A stretch of DNA of 64,000 nt from Vulcanimicrobiota bacterium (GCA_050250895.1 JBFWNU010000008.1:256001-320000); one strand, 5' to 3'; numbered from the stretch's first letter, positions 49,210 through 59,239 are shown. Notes: generated by a model not told the origin, from the sequence alone. A program made the numbers and translations.

Positions 49210-50816
49210 GCCTTAACCACCTCTCCATTGCGCATCGACTTGTGGTCGCGCAGGATTTCTTGGGCCGCAATGGCCCCGGGTGCGCCCATCACGCCACCGC
49301 CGGGGTGGACTCCCGAACCGCACATATAAAGCCGTTTTAAAGGCGTGCGGTAGTGGGCCCAGGCGGGTACGGGACGGAAGAAGAACATCTGCTCGAGCGA
49401 GAGTTCTCCGTGGAAGATGTTGCCCTCGGTCAGGCCGAAGTCGCGCTCGAGATCGAGGGGAGTGAGCACCTGGCGATCCACAATCGAGGATTTCAGGTTG
49501 GGGATGTACTCGGCCAGCGTGTCGACCACGGCGTCGCCGAAAGCCTCGCGCTGGTCGTCCCAATGTCCGTCGGCTAGCTTATAAGGTGCGTACTGGACAA
49601 AACACGACACCACGTGTTGGCCGGGCGGCGATACATCGGGGTCGATGACCGAGGGCACCACCACGTTGATGAACGGCTTGCGCGAGAAGCGTCCGTATTT
49701 GGCGTCATCATAGGCTTGCTCGAGATAGTCGATGGAGGGAGCGATGGAGATGTCGCCCATCATGTGTTTGCCCATTCCGGGCAGACAGCTGAACTCGGGC
49801 AGTTTGTCGACGGCCAGATTGACCTTACCCGACGATCCGCGATACTTGTAGGTGCCCAGCCCGTCTAGAAAGTCGGGCTCGAGGTGATCCTTACCGACCA
49901 GACGGTTGAACGTCATGTTGGGGTCCAGACTCGAGGCAACGACCTTGGCCCGCAGCTCTTCGCCGTTTTCCAGCACCACACCCTCGACCTGACCATTGTG
50001 GACCAGCATCTTCTTGACGCTGGCCTCGGTGCGGATTTCGCAGCCCAGGTGTTGAGCGGCCCGAGCGATGGCCATCGAGATGCCGCCGGTGCCGTCTTTG
50101 GGCAGACCCCAGGCGCGATAGACTCCGTCGATCTCGCCCATGTAGTGGTGCAGCAAGACATAGGCGGTGCCCGGCGACGAGACCCCCAGGAAGGTGCCGA
50201 TGATGCCGCTCACCGACATGGCCGCGATCAGGTTCTCGTTCTCGAACCACTCTTTGAGATAGTCGACCGCGCTCATGGTGAAGAGCTTGATGACGTCGAC
50301 CATGACATCGGGCTCGAGTTCGCGAAAGCGTTTGCCCACCTGCATCAGCTTGAGGAGTTCGGCCGGATTCCAGGATTCTACCTGGGGGGGAACCATCGAC
50401 AAGAAGGGCCGCACAAAGCGGCAAATCTTCACCATCTGGCGCGAAAAACGAGGCATCATCTCGGCGTCGCGTTGCGAGAAGGTGCACAGGTGACGATAGG
50501 TCTCGGCTGAATCGTCGGTGCGCAGGATGTAGCGACCATCGGGCAGCGGGCAGAACGTTGACGGTAGCGGCACGATCTCGAGACCGTGACGGGTCAGGTC
50601 GAGATGACGAATGATCTCGGGCCGCAGCAAGCTGACGATGTAGGAGCACACGGAGAAACGAAAACCGGGAAAGATCTCTTCGGTGACCGCGCACCCGCCG
50701 AGCACGTGGCGCCGTTCGAGCACCACGGTTTTCAGGCCGGCTTTGGCGAGATAGCCGCCCGTCACCAGGCCGTTGTGGCCTCCTCCGATGACGATGGCGT
50801 CGTAATGTTTGGCCAA
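49206..50816 (-). CDS. Phytoene-dehydrogenase-like (PYROXD2-type) FAD oxidoreductase
   Basis: GGGHNGL, GTAYVLLHH, GNIFHG and HPGGGVMGAPG. Confidence 0.9.
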   Translation of the reverse strand: MAKHYDAIVIGGGHNGLVTGGYLAKAGLKTVVLERRHVLGGCAVTEEIFPGFRFSVCSYIVSLLRPEIIRHLDLTRHGLEIVPLPSTFCPLPDGRYILRTDDSAETYRHLCTFSQRDAEMMPRFSRQMVKICRFVRPFLSMVPPQVESWNPAELLKLMQVGKRFRELEPDVMVDVIKLFTMSAVDYLKEWFENENLIAAMSVSGIIGTFLGVSSPGTAYVLLHHYMGEIDGVYRAWGLPKDGTGGISMAIARAAQHLGCEIRTEASVKKMLVHNGQVEGVVLENGEELRAKVVASSLDPNMTFNRLVGKDHLEPDFLDGLGTYKYRGSSGKVNLAVDKLPEFSCLPGMGKHMMGDISIAPSIDYLEQAYDDAKYGRFSRKPFINVVVPSVIDPDVSPPGQHVVSCFVQYAPYKLADGHWDDQREAFGDAVVDTLAEYIPNLKSSIVDRQVLTPLDLERDFGLTEGNIFHGELSLEQMFFFRPVPAWAHYRTPLKRLYMCGSGVHPGGGVMGAPGAIAAQEILRDHKSMRNGEVVKA

Positions 50817-50892
50817 GGCGAACCCCCTGTCTGGCCGCGTTGCGGCCGGGAAAATACTGGCCCCGCGCCTTCTTCGCCGTCGACGGTTTTAC

Positions 50893-51981
50893 CTACTCGA
50901 GCAGCATCACGATCTGGCGTAGCCCGCTGCGCGTCTTGCCGACGCTCAGCCCGTAGCGGGTGAAGCGGTATTGAGCCAGGAGCTCGGGCAGTTTATCGCC
51001 CACCAGCATCGACTCGCCCTGGACGCTCGAGGCTGGAGCGGGAATGTCGATAATCAGCTGGGCCCGTCCGGCGTGGACGTGTTCAGACTGTCGCGAAACC
51101 GCCAGCCACCGGGCTTCGCTCTGCAGGCGGTGGTCGCGCGAGAGACCGCTTTGGGCTAAACCCAGAGTTTCGTCCAGGTCTTGCTCCCAGGCGCTGTCGA
51201 CCTGGGCACCTTGAAAAAGCGGGCCAGCCGGGACAGCCGGAGCCACCGGGGCGGCTGCTGTCTGGTAAGGCACGCCGGGCACCTCGGCGGTGGCTGCCCT
51301 GATGCGGTCCTGGGGCAGGGGATGAGAACCCACCAGAGTGTTGAGAAAGCCTGGCGTTCCGCCCGATTGCTTGGAAAGTTTCACCAGGGCCGAAACGGCA
51401 TAGACCGGGTCATAGCCGGCGGCCGCCATCAGCCGGATGCCGTCGTGGTCGGCCTCACGCTCGTCAGCCTGGCTCCATTGACTGGACATGACGGCGTTGG
51501 CGAGTTTGGCCAGGTTGGCCGAGCCCTGGTCGATTTGACCTTTGTTGAGCACGCCGATGATGGCCAGCAGGCCGGTCTGGGTGTAAACGGCCTTCTCGAG
51601 CTGGTTGACCGAGTGGCGGCGGGCCACATGGGTCACCTCATGACCCAGTACGAAAGCCAGTTCTTCATCGGTCAGCGCGTTCATCAAGCCACGGGTCGTG
51701 TAGATGAAGCCCCCGGGGAAAGCCAGCGCGTTGAACTGGTCCATGTCGGCCACTTTGAAGGTGTACTGGATATCCTTGCGCGAGGCAGCCGCAGCCAGAG
51801 ACTGGCCGATGCGATTGACCCGCTCTTGCATGGCCACGTCCTGCACCAGGCCGTACTGTTGCTCGAACTTATAGGCGGCTTCGCGCCCGATCTGGACCTC
51901 TTGAGCGGTCGAGATCATGCCGGCCAGGGCGGGTAGGGCCAGCAGAGCCAGACAGAGCAATAGCCAACGGATCGGTCTCAT
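50893..51981 (-). CDS. M48 family metalloprotease, exported
   Basis: NALAFPGG, HEVTH, EREAD and SHP. Confidence 0.9.
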   Translation of the reverse strand: MRPIRWLLLCLALLALPALAGMISTAQEVQIGREAAYKFEQQYGLVQDVAMQERVNRIGQSLAAAASRKDIQYTFKVADMDQFNALAFPGGFIYTTRGLMNALTDEELAFVLGHEVTHVARRHSVNQLEKAVYTQTGLLAIIGVLNKGQIDQGSANLAKLANAVMSSQWSQADEREADHDGIRLMAAAGYDPVYAVSALVKLSKQSGGTPGFLNTLVGSHPLPQDRIRAATAEVPGVPYQTAAAPVAPAVPAGPLFQGAQVDSAWEQDLDETLGLAQSGLSRDHRLQSEARWLAVSRQSEHVHAGRAQLIIDIPAPASSVQGESMLVGDKLPELLAQYRFTRYGLSVGKTRSGLRQIVMLLE

Positions 51982-52097
51982 CGAAAGCAGCCTTCTCATT
52001 CTTCTAAGCGAAACCTGCCGGGCGGGGCGGGGTTTCTCCCGGAACGCAACCAGGGGCCCGCGAGGAACCTCTCGCCCCCACGGCAAATTCGCTAGCG

Positions 52098-53408
52098 ATG
52101 GCGGCGGCGCTGGATTACACTTACTCGTATGTGGCGGGCTCTCGGCTCGAGAACGCTCGGCTGACCCTGGCGACCTGCTCGGGCGGCCAGCAACATCCCT
52201 ACTTCTTCGAGGGGCGGCTGCTCGAGCCGCGCACGGTGGCTGATCAGCTACTGGTGCTTACGAAAGTGGTGCGCACCCACTTCTTTTTGCGGCGGCCGGC
52301 CATTCTCGACCCGGTGCTCACGGCCGGGCAGGGGGTCTTGCGGGTCGAGGGCTTTAGCGGTTGTTGCGGCGTCTATGCCCGCGTCGACCTGCACGAGCGG
52401 GCCTTTGATGCCGAGCTGGTGGGGCGGGGAACCACCAACGTCGACTTCAACGAACCGATGCGCGCAGCCCTGGCCCGGGTCCGGCCCGAGGAAGAGGTTC
52501 GCCTGGCGGTGGGCGAGCACGAAGTGGCGCTGGCGCGGGGCGAACACAAGACCGTCGAGAAGAAGGTCAAGCTGCCGGTGCGTTGGCTCAAGAGCTTCTC
52601 GGAAGTGCAAGCCTACGGACCCGGCCTCGAGCCGCGCTTCGAGGTCAAACCCGCCGGGGCGCTGGCCTTTCTGCGCTCGTTGCCTAAGACACCGCCCAAG
52701 CGAGGGCAGTGGGTGGTGGCGACGGCCGACTCGCTGCGCTTGTCCCAGCGCGAGAAAGCAGGAGCGGTGAGCCTGTCGGGGCTCCACCGTTTGGCTGTGC
52801 TCGAGCCGCTGATCTCGGGCAGTCAGGGGTTGAAGGTCTGGTATGACGAGGCTTCGGGGGTCAGCGCCTGGGAGGTCGCCTGCACCACCGGGCGCTTCTT
52901 CTTGATGCTGTCTCCCGAACTGTATAGGGGCTTTTCGGGCGAGGGGCAGAACCTGGCCAGTCTGGCCGCCGGCCAGGGGGTCGAGCTAGTGAACCGAATG
53001 CGAGCCGAGCTGCGCTGGCAATCACGGCTCGACCCCGAGGCCATGGCCCTCAAGTTGGGCTGTAGGGTCGAGCAGGTGAAGAGCGCGCTGGTCGTCCTGG
53101 GTGCGCGGGGGGTGGCTGGTTATGACGTTGCTGAGAGGGCCTTTTTCCATCGCGAGTTGCCTTTTGATCTCGAGGCGGTGGAAGCCCTCGAGCCCCGGCT
53201 GAGAAGAGCCCGCAAGCTGGTCGCCGAAGGGGCCGTGGCTCGGCAGGGCGAGGCCGATTATTCGGTGGTCGGCAAGACGGCCACCCACTTCGTGCGGCTG
53301 AGAGCTGAAGGGGACCGCTGCACCTGTCCCTGGTTTTCGCGCCACCAGGGCCAACGGGGACCTTGCGCCCACATCCTGAGCGTGCAGCTCGGCGGCGATG
53401 ACACCTGA
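52098..53408 (+). CDS. SWIM zinc-finger protein
   Basis: C-terminal CTC-x12-CAH; FSGCCGVYAR, GTTNVD and RGFSGEG. Confidence 0.88.
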   Translation: MAAALDYTYSYVAGSRLENARLTLATCSGGQQHPYFFEGRLLEPRTVADQLLVLTKVVRTHFFLRRPAILDPVLTAGQGVLRVEGFSGCCGVYARVDLHERAFDAELVGRGTTNVDFNEPMRAALARVRPEEEVRLAVGEHEVALARGEHKTVEKKVKLPVRWLKSFSEVQAYGPGLEPRFEVKPAGALAFLRSLPKTPPKRGQWVVATADSLRLSQREKAGAVSLSGLHRLAVLEPLISGSQGLKVWYDEASGVSAWEVACTTGRFFLMLSPELYRGFSGEGQNLASLAAGQGVELVNRMRAELRWQSRLDPEAMALKLGCRVEQVKSALVVLGARGVAGYDVAERAFFHRELPFDLEAVEALEPRLRRARKLVAEGAVARQGEADYSVVGKTATHFVRLRAEGDRCTCPWFSRHQGQRGPCAHILSVQLGGDDT

Positions 53409-56091
53409 AGAGCTGACCCGGCTGGTCGAGTCGGGGGCTTCTTCCCAGCTTGTCGAGGCGCTGGCTTGCCTGTCTGAAAAGCAGCGAAAAGAGCTAGACG
53501 AGACGGCCCATCAGCTCTATCAGCACCCCCCGGCCGACCGCGACCAGGCCCGAAAACGTTACGATGCCGTCCGGTTGGCCGTGTTGGGGCTGTGCAGATC
53601 AGCCCGGGTGAAGTCGCTCTTTCTGTTCGGACCGGCCGGGTTTACCACGCAGGTAGTCGAGGTGCTCAGCGCTCGGCGCCCCTCGTGGGCCGGCAAATGG
53701 TTGGCGCATCGGCTCGAGAGAGACCAGTCCGAGCTGAGCTATCAGGCCATTGACGAACTGGTGGCGCGAGGGGTCGTCCAGCGACCGTCCGGTGAGGGCT
53801 ATTACCGACTGCTGGCCAACTACCAGCAGCGCGAACTCGCGCTGTCGGACTGGTTGCGCCAGAACCGGCGGGTGACCGAGCATGAGCTGTGGCAACTCTT
53901 CTCCATCGAGAGCACCGCCTTCAATAGCTATTTTGACGAAGAGAAGCCTCCCTGGCCGGGTTACGAGAGCTGGACCACTGCTCTGGTCAAGCTCAGTGAC
54001 GAGGGCCTGCTCGAACGCGACCGGCTACTCGACCACGGCCTCGCTGCCCTGGGGCGCGATTTCAAGCAGAATCAACTGTCGGGCTTTCGCAAGTTCCTCG
54101 AGCGGCTCAAGCCCACCGACGATGAGCTGGCCGCCCGCCAGAGCGGTCTGCGAGAACTGCTGGCCAGCCCCACCAGTCACGTGGTGAATTTTGGCCTCAC
54201 CTGTTTGGGTCGATTGGGGCGATACAAGCGGCTCGAGGTAGAGCCGTTGATGACGGCAGTCGAGCCGGCTTTGAGTCATTCGACCAAGGGCACGGCCATG
54301 AAGGCCCTGAAGTTGGTGGCCCGGGTCGGCGATCCCGCACCGTTGGCGGCGCGGGCGCTCGCCCACCCCTCGGTCGACGTGCAGAAGCTGGCCCTGGACC
54401 TGGTGGAAAGAAGCGGCCGAGCCGCAGAGCTGCTGGTCGGCAAGATCGAGTTTCTGGCGGCCAGCCTGGTTCCGCAGGCCCGGGAGCTGGCGGGTCAGAC
54501 CCGGGCTAGAGCCGTGAGCGTAGAGTTGGGGCCACCCCCGTCCGAGGCTCGGGAGTGGCAGGCCCTGCCTGAACTAGAACGCCTGGAACCCATCGCCGAT
54601 GTAGAAGAGCTGATCGACCGGGTGGCGGCCGCCATGGAATCGGTCGAAGACGGCGAAGAGGTCGAACTCCTGCTCGACGGGATTGGCCGGTTGGGGCCAT
54701 CACGCCCGCCTGATTTCGAGCTGCGCACGGCCGCCCTGCGGGTCCGGCTCGAGAGCCAGCCCGCCAGCGAAGTCGTGCGTGGGCTGGCGGCCAGCTGGTC
54801 AGGACTGCCGTCGGCCTTACGCGACTTGCTGCTGACCTGGTTCACGGGCAAGCTCCACTACACTCCCCACAACAGCTATTACAAGCCGGCTCCGGCGGGT
54901 CGCTTTCTCGAGGCGAGAGTGCGAGCGATCAGTCAGCGTCTGGCTCGAGGCGTCGTGACTCCGAGCCTGGCCCTGCCTACCCATCGGGGTGGATGGATCG
55001 AGCCAAGAAAGTTGATCGGCCGGGCGGTGGAACTCGGCCATGACTTCCCCCGAGAAGAGCTGATGGCAGCCTTCTTGCGGCTGGCCCCTGAGGGGCGTGA
55101 CGATGCCCTCGAGGCAGCCGCAGGCTTAGCCAGCACCGTGGGCTTACTGACCCGTTTCGCTCTCGGCGGCGGCTATCCGCCCGGCCCCAGGGACCGCGAA
55201 TTCGCGCCCCTCTGGCTGGCGGCCGCCCGGGCGCGTGAGCCTCACGGCGACCATGCCGAGACGCTGGCGGCCCTGGGGGTCAAAGCGCCTGGACCTGACG
55301 GATTTGAGGCCGCCCGGCCGAGCTGGTCGATCGGGCTCGAGAACAGCTTTCCACGCTTGCGGGTCGAGTTTCCCGAACCGCCCCGACAGGGCGTGTGGGG
55401 ATCGCTGGTGGGTCGCTTGAGAACTCCGCTGGCGCCCGAGCAGATGCCCACCGCTGCGCTATTCGACTCGCAGGTCCGCGGTTGGGAGACGGTGGACTAT
55501 ACCGGAGTCTGGCTGGTGCGCTGGCTGGGCCTGACCTTTCCCATCAAGCCCGACGGACTTTATCTCGAGGGGATCCGAGCCATGCTCTTTCGCGTCGATA
55601 TGGATAGCTCGGGAATGGCTCCGAGTTTTCCCTTTATCGAGGCCCTGGCCCAGCCTGGGCGAGTCTGGTCGGAGCTCGCTCGGCTGGCTTTTTGGGTAGC
55701 GCTGGTGGGCAAGGATGCCGACTGCCGAGCGGTGGCGGTTGACCTGGGGCTGGAGGCCATCGAGTCGGGTCGCACTCACCCCGTGCCTCTGGCGGCCACC
55801 CTGGTTCAAGCCGATCAAGCGGGTTGGGTCAAGGCCAACCGCCTGGCCGCAGGCCTGGAAGAGATTGCCCGGGCGAGTGAGCTGGCAGCGGTGGTGGTGG
55901 CCGAGTGTCTCGACGCCTATCTGGCCCGGGTGGCCGGTCTGCCCCGGGCCCTGCACCATCTGCTGGAGTTGCGCCTGGATCTGTCCACCCGTCTGCAGCG
56001 ACCGCCGAGCGATGAGGCCCGGCGTCGCCTGAGCCAGTTGGAGGGTTCGGGTAAGGCGGCTCGGCTGGCGGCTAGCCTCGCAGCAGTCTAA
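53398..56091 (+). CDS. Large helical-repeat protein (DUF6493-like), partner of the SWIM gene
   Basis: 897 aa; L.R.RLLD..L.AL, E.LLDG and LALPTH.GGWI; overlaps the SWIM stop. Confidence 0.75.
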   Translation: MTPEELTRLVESGASSQLVEALACLSEKQRKELDETAHQLYQHPPADRDQARKRYDAVRLAVLGLCRSARVKSLFLFGPAGFTTQVVEVLSARRPSWAGKWLAHRLERDQSELSYQAIDELVARGVVQRPSGEGYYRLLANYQQRELALSDWLRQNRRVTEHELWQLFSIESTAFNSYFDEEKPPWPGYESWTTALVKLSDEGLLERDRLLDHGLAALGRDFKQNQLSGFRKFLERLKPTDDELAARQSGLRELLASPTSHVVNFGLTCLGRLGRYKRLEVEPLMTAVEPALSHSTKGTAMKALKLVARVGDPAPLAARALAHPSVDVQKLALDLVERSGRAAELLVGKIEFLAASLVPQARELAGQTRARAVSVELGPPPSEAREWQALPELERLEPIADVEELIDRVAAAMESVEDGEEVELLLDGIGRLGPSRPPDFELRTAALRVRLESQPASEVVRGLAASWSGLPSALRDLLLTWFTGKLHYTPHNSYYKPAPAGRFLEARVRAISQRLARGVVTPSLALPTHRGGWIEPRKLIGRAVELGHDFPREELMAAFLRLAPEGRDDALEAAAGLASTVGLLTRFALGGGYPPGPRDREFAPLWLAAARAREPHGDHAETLAALGVKAPGPDGFEAARPSWSIGLENSFPRLRVEFPEPPRQGVWGSLVGRLRTPLAPEQMPTAALFDSQVRGWETVDYTGVWLVRWLGLTFPIKPDGLYLEGIRAMLFRVDMDSSGMAPSFPFIEALAQPGRVWSELARLAFWVALVGKDADCRAVAVDLGLEAIESGRTHPVPLAATLVQADQAGWVKANRLAAGLEEIARASELAAVVVAECLDAYLARVAGLPRALHHLLELRLDLSTRLQRPPSDEARRRLSQLEGSGKAARLAASLAAV

Positions 56092-56941
56092 GATTAGACC
56101 ACAGGGCGATGGATTGGCACAGGCGCCGCATCCAATCTGGATCCAACCCGTGGAAGTGAGCGGTCGAGTCGTCCCAATAGGCGATTTGATAACGATGCCA
56201 GTTGGGTTGCTCTTCGACTGGAGCAAGGTCCCGGAGCAGGCTTGCGAGGCGGGGGTAGGCGTGGTTCCAGTCGGGGTGGTCCGACCAGGCCAGGAGACCG
56301 CCCGGCCCCAGACTGGTCCGCGCCGCCCGCACGAAGGCCGCGCCCAGAGTGGCCTCTCGGGCGGGGTCGATGACCACCGCCCCGAAAGCGGCCTGGAACC
56401 GCCTGGGCAGGCGCCGCACGTCGGCTTGCTCGAGGTCGAGAGGCAAGCCCGAGCCGGCCAGCCAGTCGAGCACCCGCGGGTCGAGGTCGACCACCGCGAT
56501 GGAAAACTGACCGAGCAGCGACAGCGCGACCGAGGTCGCGTCGTCGTCCCCCAGAAAGAGGACCGACGCTCCCGAACTAAGGTGGGCCGCCAGGCGCTGG
56601 GCTCGGCGCCAGGTCGAGTCGAAGTCGATACGGCCCTGAGCATAGCGCTCGGACTCGGCCGGAGCCTCTGGTAAAAGTTGCTCGAAAGCCTGGCTCCAGG
56701 CCGGCGGCGGGGTAGGGGGAGGATGGTGCAGCCGGTCATAGGTGTGGCCGGCCATGCGCAGGCCGTAGCGCAGGATCCAGCGCTGAAAACCGGGCTCGGT
56801 GTTGAGGCTGGCCGGCCGCCGATGGCACCCCTGACGGTGAAGAAGTTGCTCGAGCCGTTGCCAGAATTCGGCGGGCGTGTAGGGTTCGTCCGGTGACTCG
56901 CCCAGGGGCTCGCCCACCAGACGACTGAGTGCTAACCGCAT
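56072..56941 (-). CDS. BpsA-like (branched-chain polyamine synthase/methyltransferase fold) protein
   Basis: YAQ..IDFDST..RA, FLGDDDATS, VVDLDPR and VIDP; ATG 56941 overlaps the JmjC stop. Confidence 0.7.
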   Translation of the reverse strand: MRLALSRLVGEPLGESPDEPYTPAEFWQRLEQLLHRQGCHRRPASLNTEPGFQRWILRYGLRMAGHTYDRLHHPPPTPPPAWSQAFEQLLPEAPAESERYAQGRIDFDSTWRRAQRLAAHLSSGASVLFLGDDDATSVALSLLGQFSIAVVDLDPRVLDWLAGSGLPLDLEQADVRRLPRRFQAAFGAVVIDPAREATLGAAFVRAARTSLGPGGLLAWSDHPDWNHAYPRLASLLRDLAPVEEQPNWHRYQIAYWDDSTAHFHGLDPDWMRRLCQSIALWSNLRLLRG

Positions 56942-57723
56942 TGCAGCGCCGAGGCGATGGCTGCGTGGTTGTCGGGGTAGCGCTGGCGGACGGCCGCCAT
57001 CACGTGCTCGAAATTGGTGGCGTTGACGAAGTTCTCGGTGATGGCGATGCAGCTTCCCACGTTCTGGGTTTGATGCCACCACCGGCTGGGGGTAAAGAGC
57101 AACTCGCCGGGTAAGGTGGTGCCCACATAGGCCGTGGCCTCGGCCATGAGCGGATAGCGCTCGAGGTCGAGAGCGAAGGCGTCGGGCTTGCCGCCATAGA
57201 TTTTGGCACCGTCGTCGGGATGGTAGAATACCCATTTCTTGGCCCCGGTGATGACGACGTTCCAGGCGCTCGAGTTGAGCAGGTCGACATGCAACTCGCT
57301 GCCCGAGCCGGTGCCACCGATGTAGATCCAGCGCCAATCGACCCGCATGTCGCCACTCAGGCGGTCGGTCCAATTGTCGGCGAAATAGACCGGCACGGTG
57401 TAGTCTTCGAGCAGCTCGGGGCAGGTGTCGGCGAAGGTCCAGTGCTTGAGATACCAGGGGCGACGCTCCACCGGTTTTTCGACCTGGTCGAGAAAGTCGC
57501 CCAGGGGAGCCTGAAACTGCTGGCGGGGGGCGCCGGTGCGATAAAGGGTGACCGGAACCTGGCTAAACTTCTTGCGAAAATAGGCTATGGACCATTTGGT
57601 CAGAGCCGGCCAGCGCTCGATCTCGTCAACCTGTTCGAGAATCACCGGAAGGCCGGGTCGGGCGTATTCTTCCAGAAACTGCTGCGGACTCAGCTGGCGG
57701 CGACGCTCGATCGACTTCTCCAT
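56932..57723 (-). CDS. JmjC (JMJD6/JMJD4-like) 2-oxoglutarate/Fe(II) oxygenase
   Basis: YLKHW, WRWIYIG, LHVD, G.KKW, PSRWWHQT and ITENFV. Confidence 0.9.
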   Translation of the reverse strand: MEKSIERRRQLSPQQFLEEYARPGLPVILEQVDEIERWPALTKWSIAYFRKKFSQVPVTLYRTGAPRQQFQAPLGDFLDQVEKPVERRPWYLKHWTFADTCPELLEDYTVPVYFADNWTDRLSGDMRVDWRWIYIGGTGSGSELHVDLLNSSAWNVVITGAKKWVFYHPDDGAKIYGGKPDAFALDLERYPLMAEATAYVGTTLPGELLFTPSRWWHQTQNVGSCIAITENFVNATNFEHVMAAVRQRYPDNHAAIASALQCG

Positions 57724-57775
57724 CGCTCCGACTTGCAGGCCCGCAGGCGTAGCTCCTGCATGGTATAATTGCCAG

Positions 57776-58303
57776 ATGGACCGACGCTGCCCCGACTGTC
57801 ACCGCCTGGTTGTCGAGAAATCTCCGCGGTGCGAGTGCGGTCATCGTTTCGCGCGCAAGTTGCTGCGCCACCAGGTGACCGAGTTTCTGGGTCCCAATGA
57901 CCTCGGGGCCGCCTCGGGGGCGGTGTCTCGCTCTCGTTTTCTGTGGCGGGCAACCATTCTTTGCTTCGTGGTTCTTTCGGGGGTGGCGGTGCTGGCCTTC
58001 TCGAGAACCCTTGATCGGGTCCTCAACGGCGACTACTTGAGAGTCTACGTCTCGATCGGCCTGTTGTTGACCGGGGTGGTGCTGTTGGTGCTGGTCTTCG
58101 ATGGCATCCGCGACGCGGCCGCCCGCAAGTTGATGGCCGACCCCAGCCTGGGCAAATGGGTATGCTGGGGACTCGGGTCTTTCTTTTTGCTAGGGGGAAT
58201 ATTTGGTTCCGCCCAGGGCGTGATGGTGGCGTTTTTGGGTGGCTTTCTGCTGGTGATCGGCGTGCTATTTCACGTGGCTAATCTGGGCGACGGGCAGAAG
58301 TAG
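57776..58303 (+). CDS. Membrane protein with an N-terminal zinc ribbon
   Basis: CPDC...CECG then 4 TM segments; TGnTATAAT 6 nt before the ATG. Confidence 0.7.
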   Translation: MDRRCPDCHRLVVEKSPRCECGHRFARKLLRHQVTEFLGPNDLGAASGAVSRSRFLWRATILCFVVLSGVAVLAFSRTLDRVLNGDYLRVYVSIGLLLTGVVLLVLVFDGIRDAAARKLMADPSLGKWVCWGLGSFFLLGGIFGSAQGVMVAFLGGFLLVIGVLFHVANLGDGQK

Positions 58304-58589
58304 CCGCCAGACTCGACCCGCCGCCGCCCGCCATGACGGCGAAAATGGGCAGGGTGACGATCAGGGGAGTGAGGTGAAAAAGTACCAGCAGGCCGCCCCA
58401 GCCTAGCAGCATCAACAACAGCGCTTTGATGAGCCCACGCAGCCACCGAAGCAGCTTCTCGAGGGGGGCAACCCAGGCCAGCGACACCACGCGTTCGCAG
58501 TGCAGGCAGGTGGCCGCCGCGCTCGAGGTGATCTGGCCACACCATCCGCAAGTCCGCGGGTGTGACCAGTCTGATCGCCGTTCTTGCAT
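58278..58589 (-). CDS. Small membrane protein with a zinc ribbon
   Basis: CGWC...CLHC followed by TM segments. Confidence 0.55.
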   Translation of the reverse strand: MQERRSDWSHPRTCGWCGQITSSAAATCLHCERVVSLAWVAPLEKLLRWLRGLIKALLLMLLGWGGLLVLFHLTPLIVTLPIFAVMAGGGGSSLAATSARRPD

Positions 58590-58638
58590 GCGAACATATT
58601 TTCCATCGGCGAGGGGGGAACCTTCATGGTCGCGTTCG

Positions 58639-59052
58639 TCAGTGCCGGTCGTGGCCGAAGAACATCTTCTGGAACTGGTCGCCTTTGCGAGCGATAACCT
58701 CGGTGCATTTGGCTAGATGGGCGGCCGAAGCTTCGGCCTCGACGGTGCCGGTCAGGACCAGATGTCCATCGCTGATGGCGAAGGTGCCATAGAGAAGGCT
58801 CGAGTTCAAGACCATGAGCTTACGAAGTTGATCGCCGTCAAGGCCCCGAGCCTCACCGACGGTGGAGGTGATGCGGATGAAAGTCACGCCCTCGCTGTGG
58901 TCCGGGGCCAGGATGACCCCCTGGCTTCGCCCAGGTTCTACCGAGATTTCAAGGCTGGCCTCGACGTCGTCCTCGTCGAAAGTCTCGAAACTGGCGGTGG
59001 TGGCGAGGACCGAGGCGACCTCATTAACTCTAGCTTGGAAGTCCATGGACAT
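58639..59052 (-). CDS. YbjN/CesT-like (type III chaperone fold) protein
   Basis: Small acidic protein; GRSQ.V, LM.LN..L.YG.FAI, and C-terminal GD..QK.FFG.D.H. Confidence 0.7.
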   Translation of the reverse strand: MSMDFQARVNEVASVLATTASFETFDEDDVEASLEISVEPGRSQGVILAPDHSEGVTFIRITSTVGEARGLDGDQLRKLMVLNSSLLYGTFAISDGHLVLTGTVEAEASAAHLAKCTEVIARKGDQFQKMFFGHDRH

Positions 59053-59114
59053 CCCCCGTCCTGGGTTGATGGAAATTCACTTCTCGCGCCCGCCACGGCT
59101 TCCCTGTCAAGAAG

Positions 59115-59152
59115 CGGCCCTTCGGGCCGGAAAGGAGCGGCCCGAAGGGCCG
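59115..59152. repeat. Inverted pair of REP-like palindromes
   Basis: CGGCCCTTCGGGCCG and its reverse complement CGGCCCGAAGGGCCG, separated by 8 nt. Confidence 0.6.
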
Positions 59153-59239
59153 GGAGAAGGAACTCTTGCCGCGCTCCTCGTCGGCCGCAGGCCGAAATCT
59201 CAGCCGCAGGCTGCTCCCTGTCGAGGCGCAGCGTCGAGG

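Noticed and set aside
47470-50816. Carotenoid biosynthesis (crtI/crtO)
   Set aside because: No crtB or crtE nearby, and the genes are coupled to a GcvT-like gene instead.
56942-57373. Possible frameshift fusion of JmjC and the BpsA-like ORF
   Set aside because: No slippery site is visible. The ATG overlapping the JmjC stop explains the arrangement, and the upstream extension is an Arg-rich shadow.
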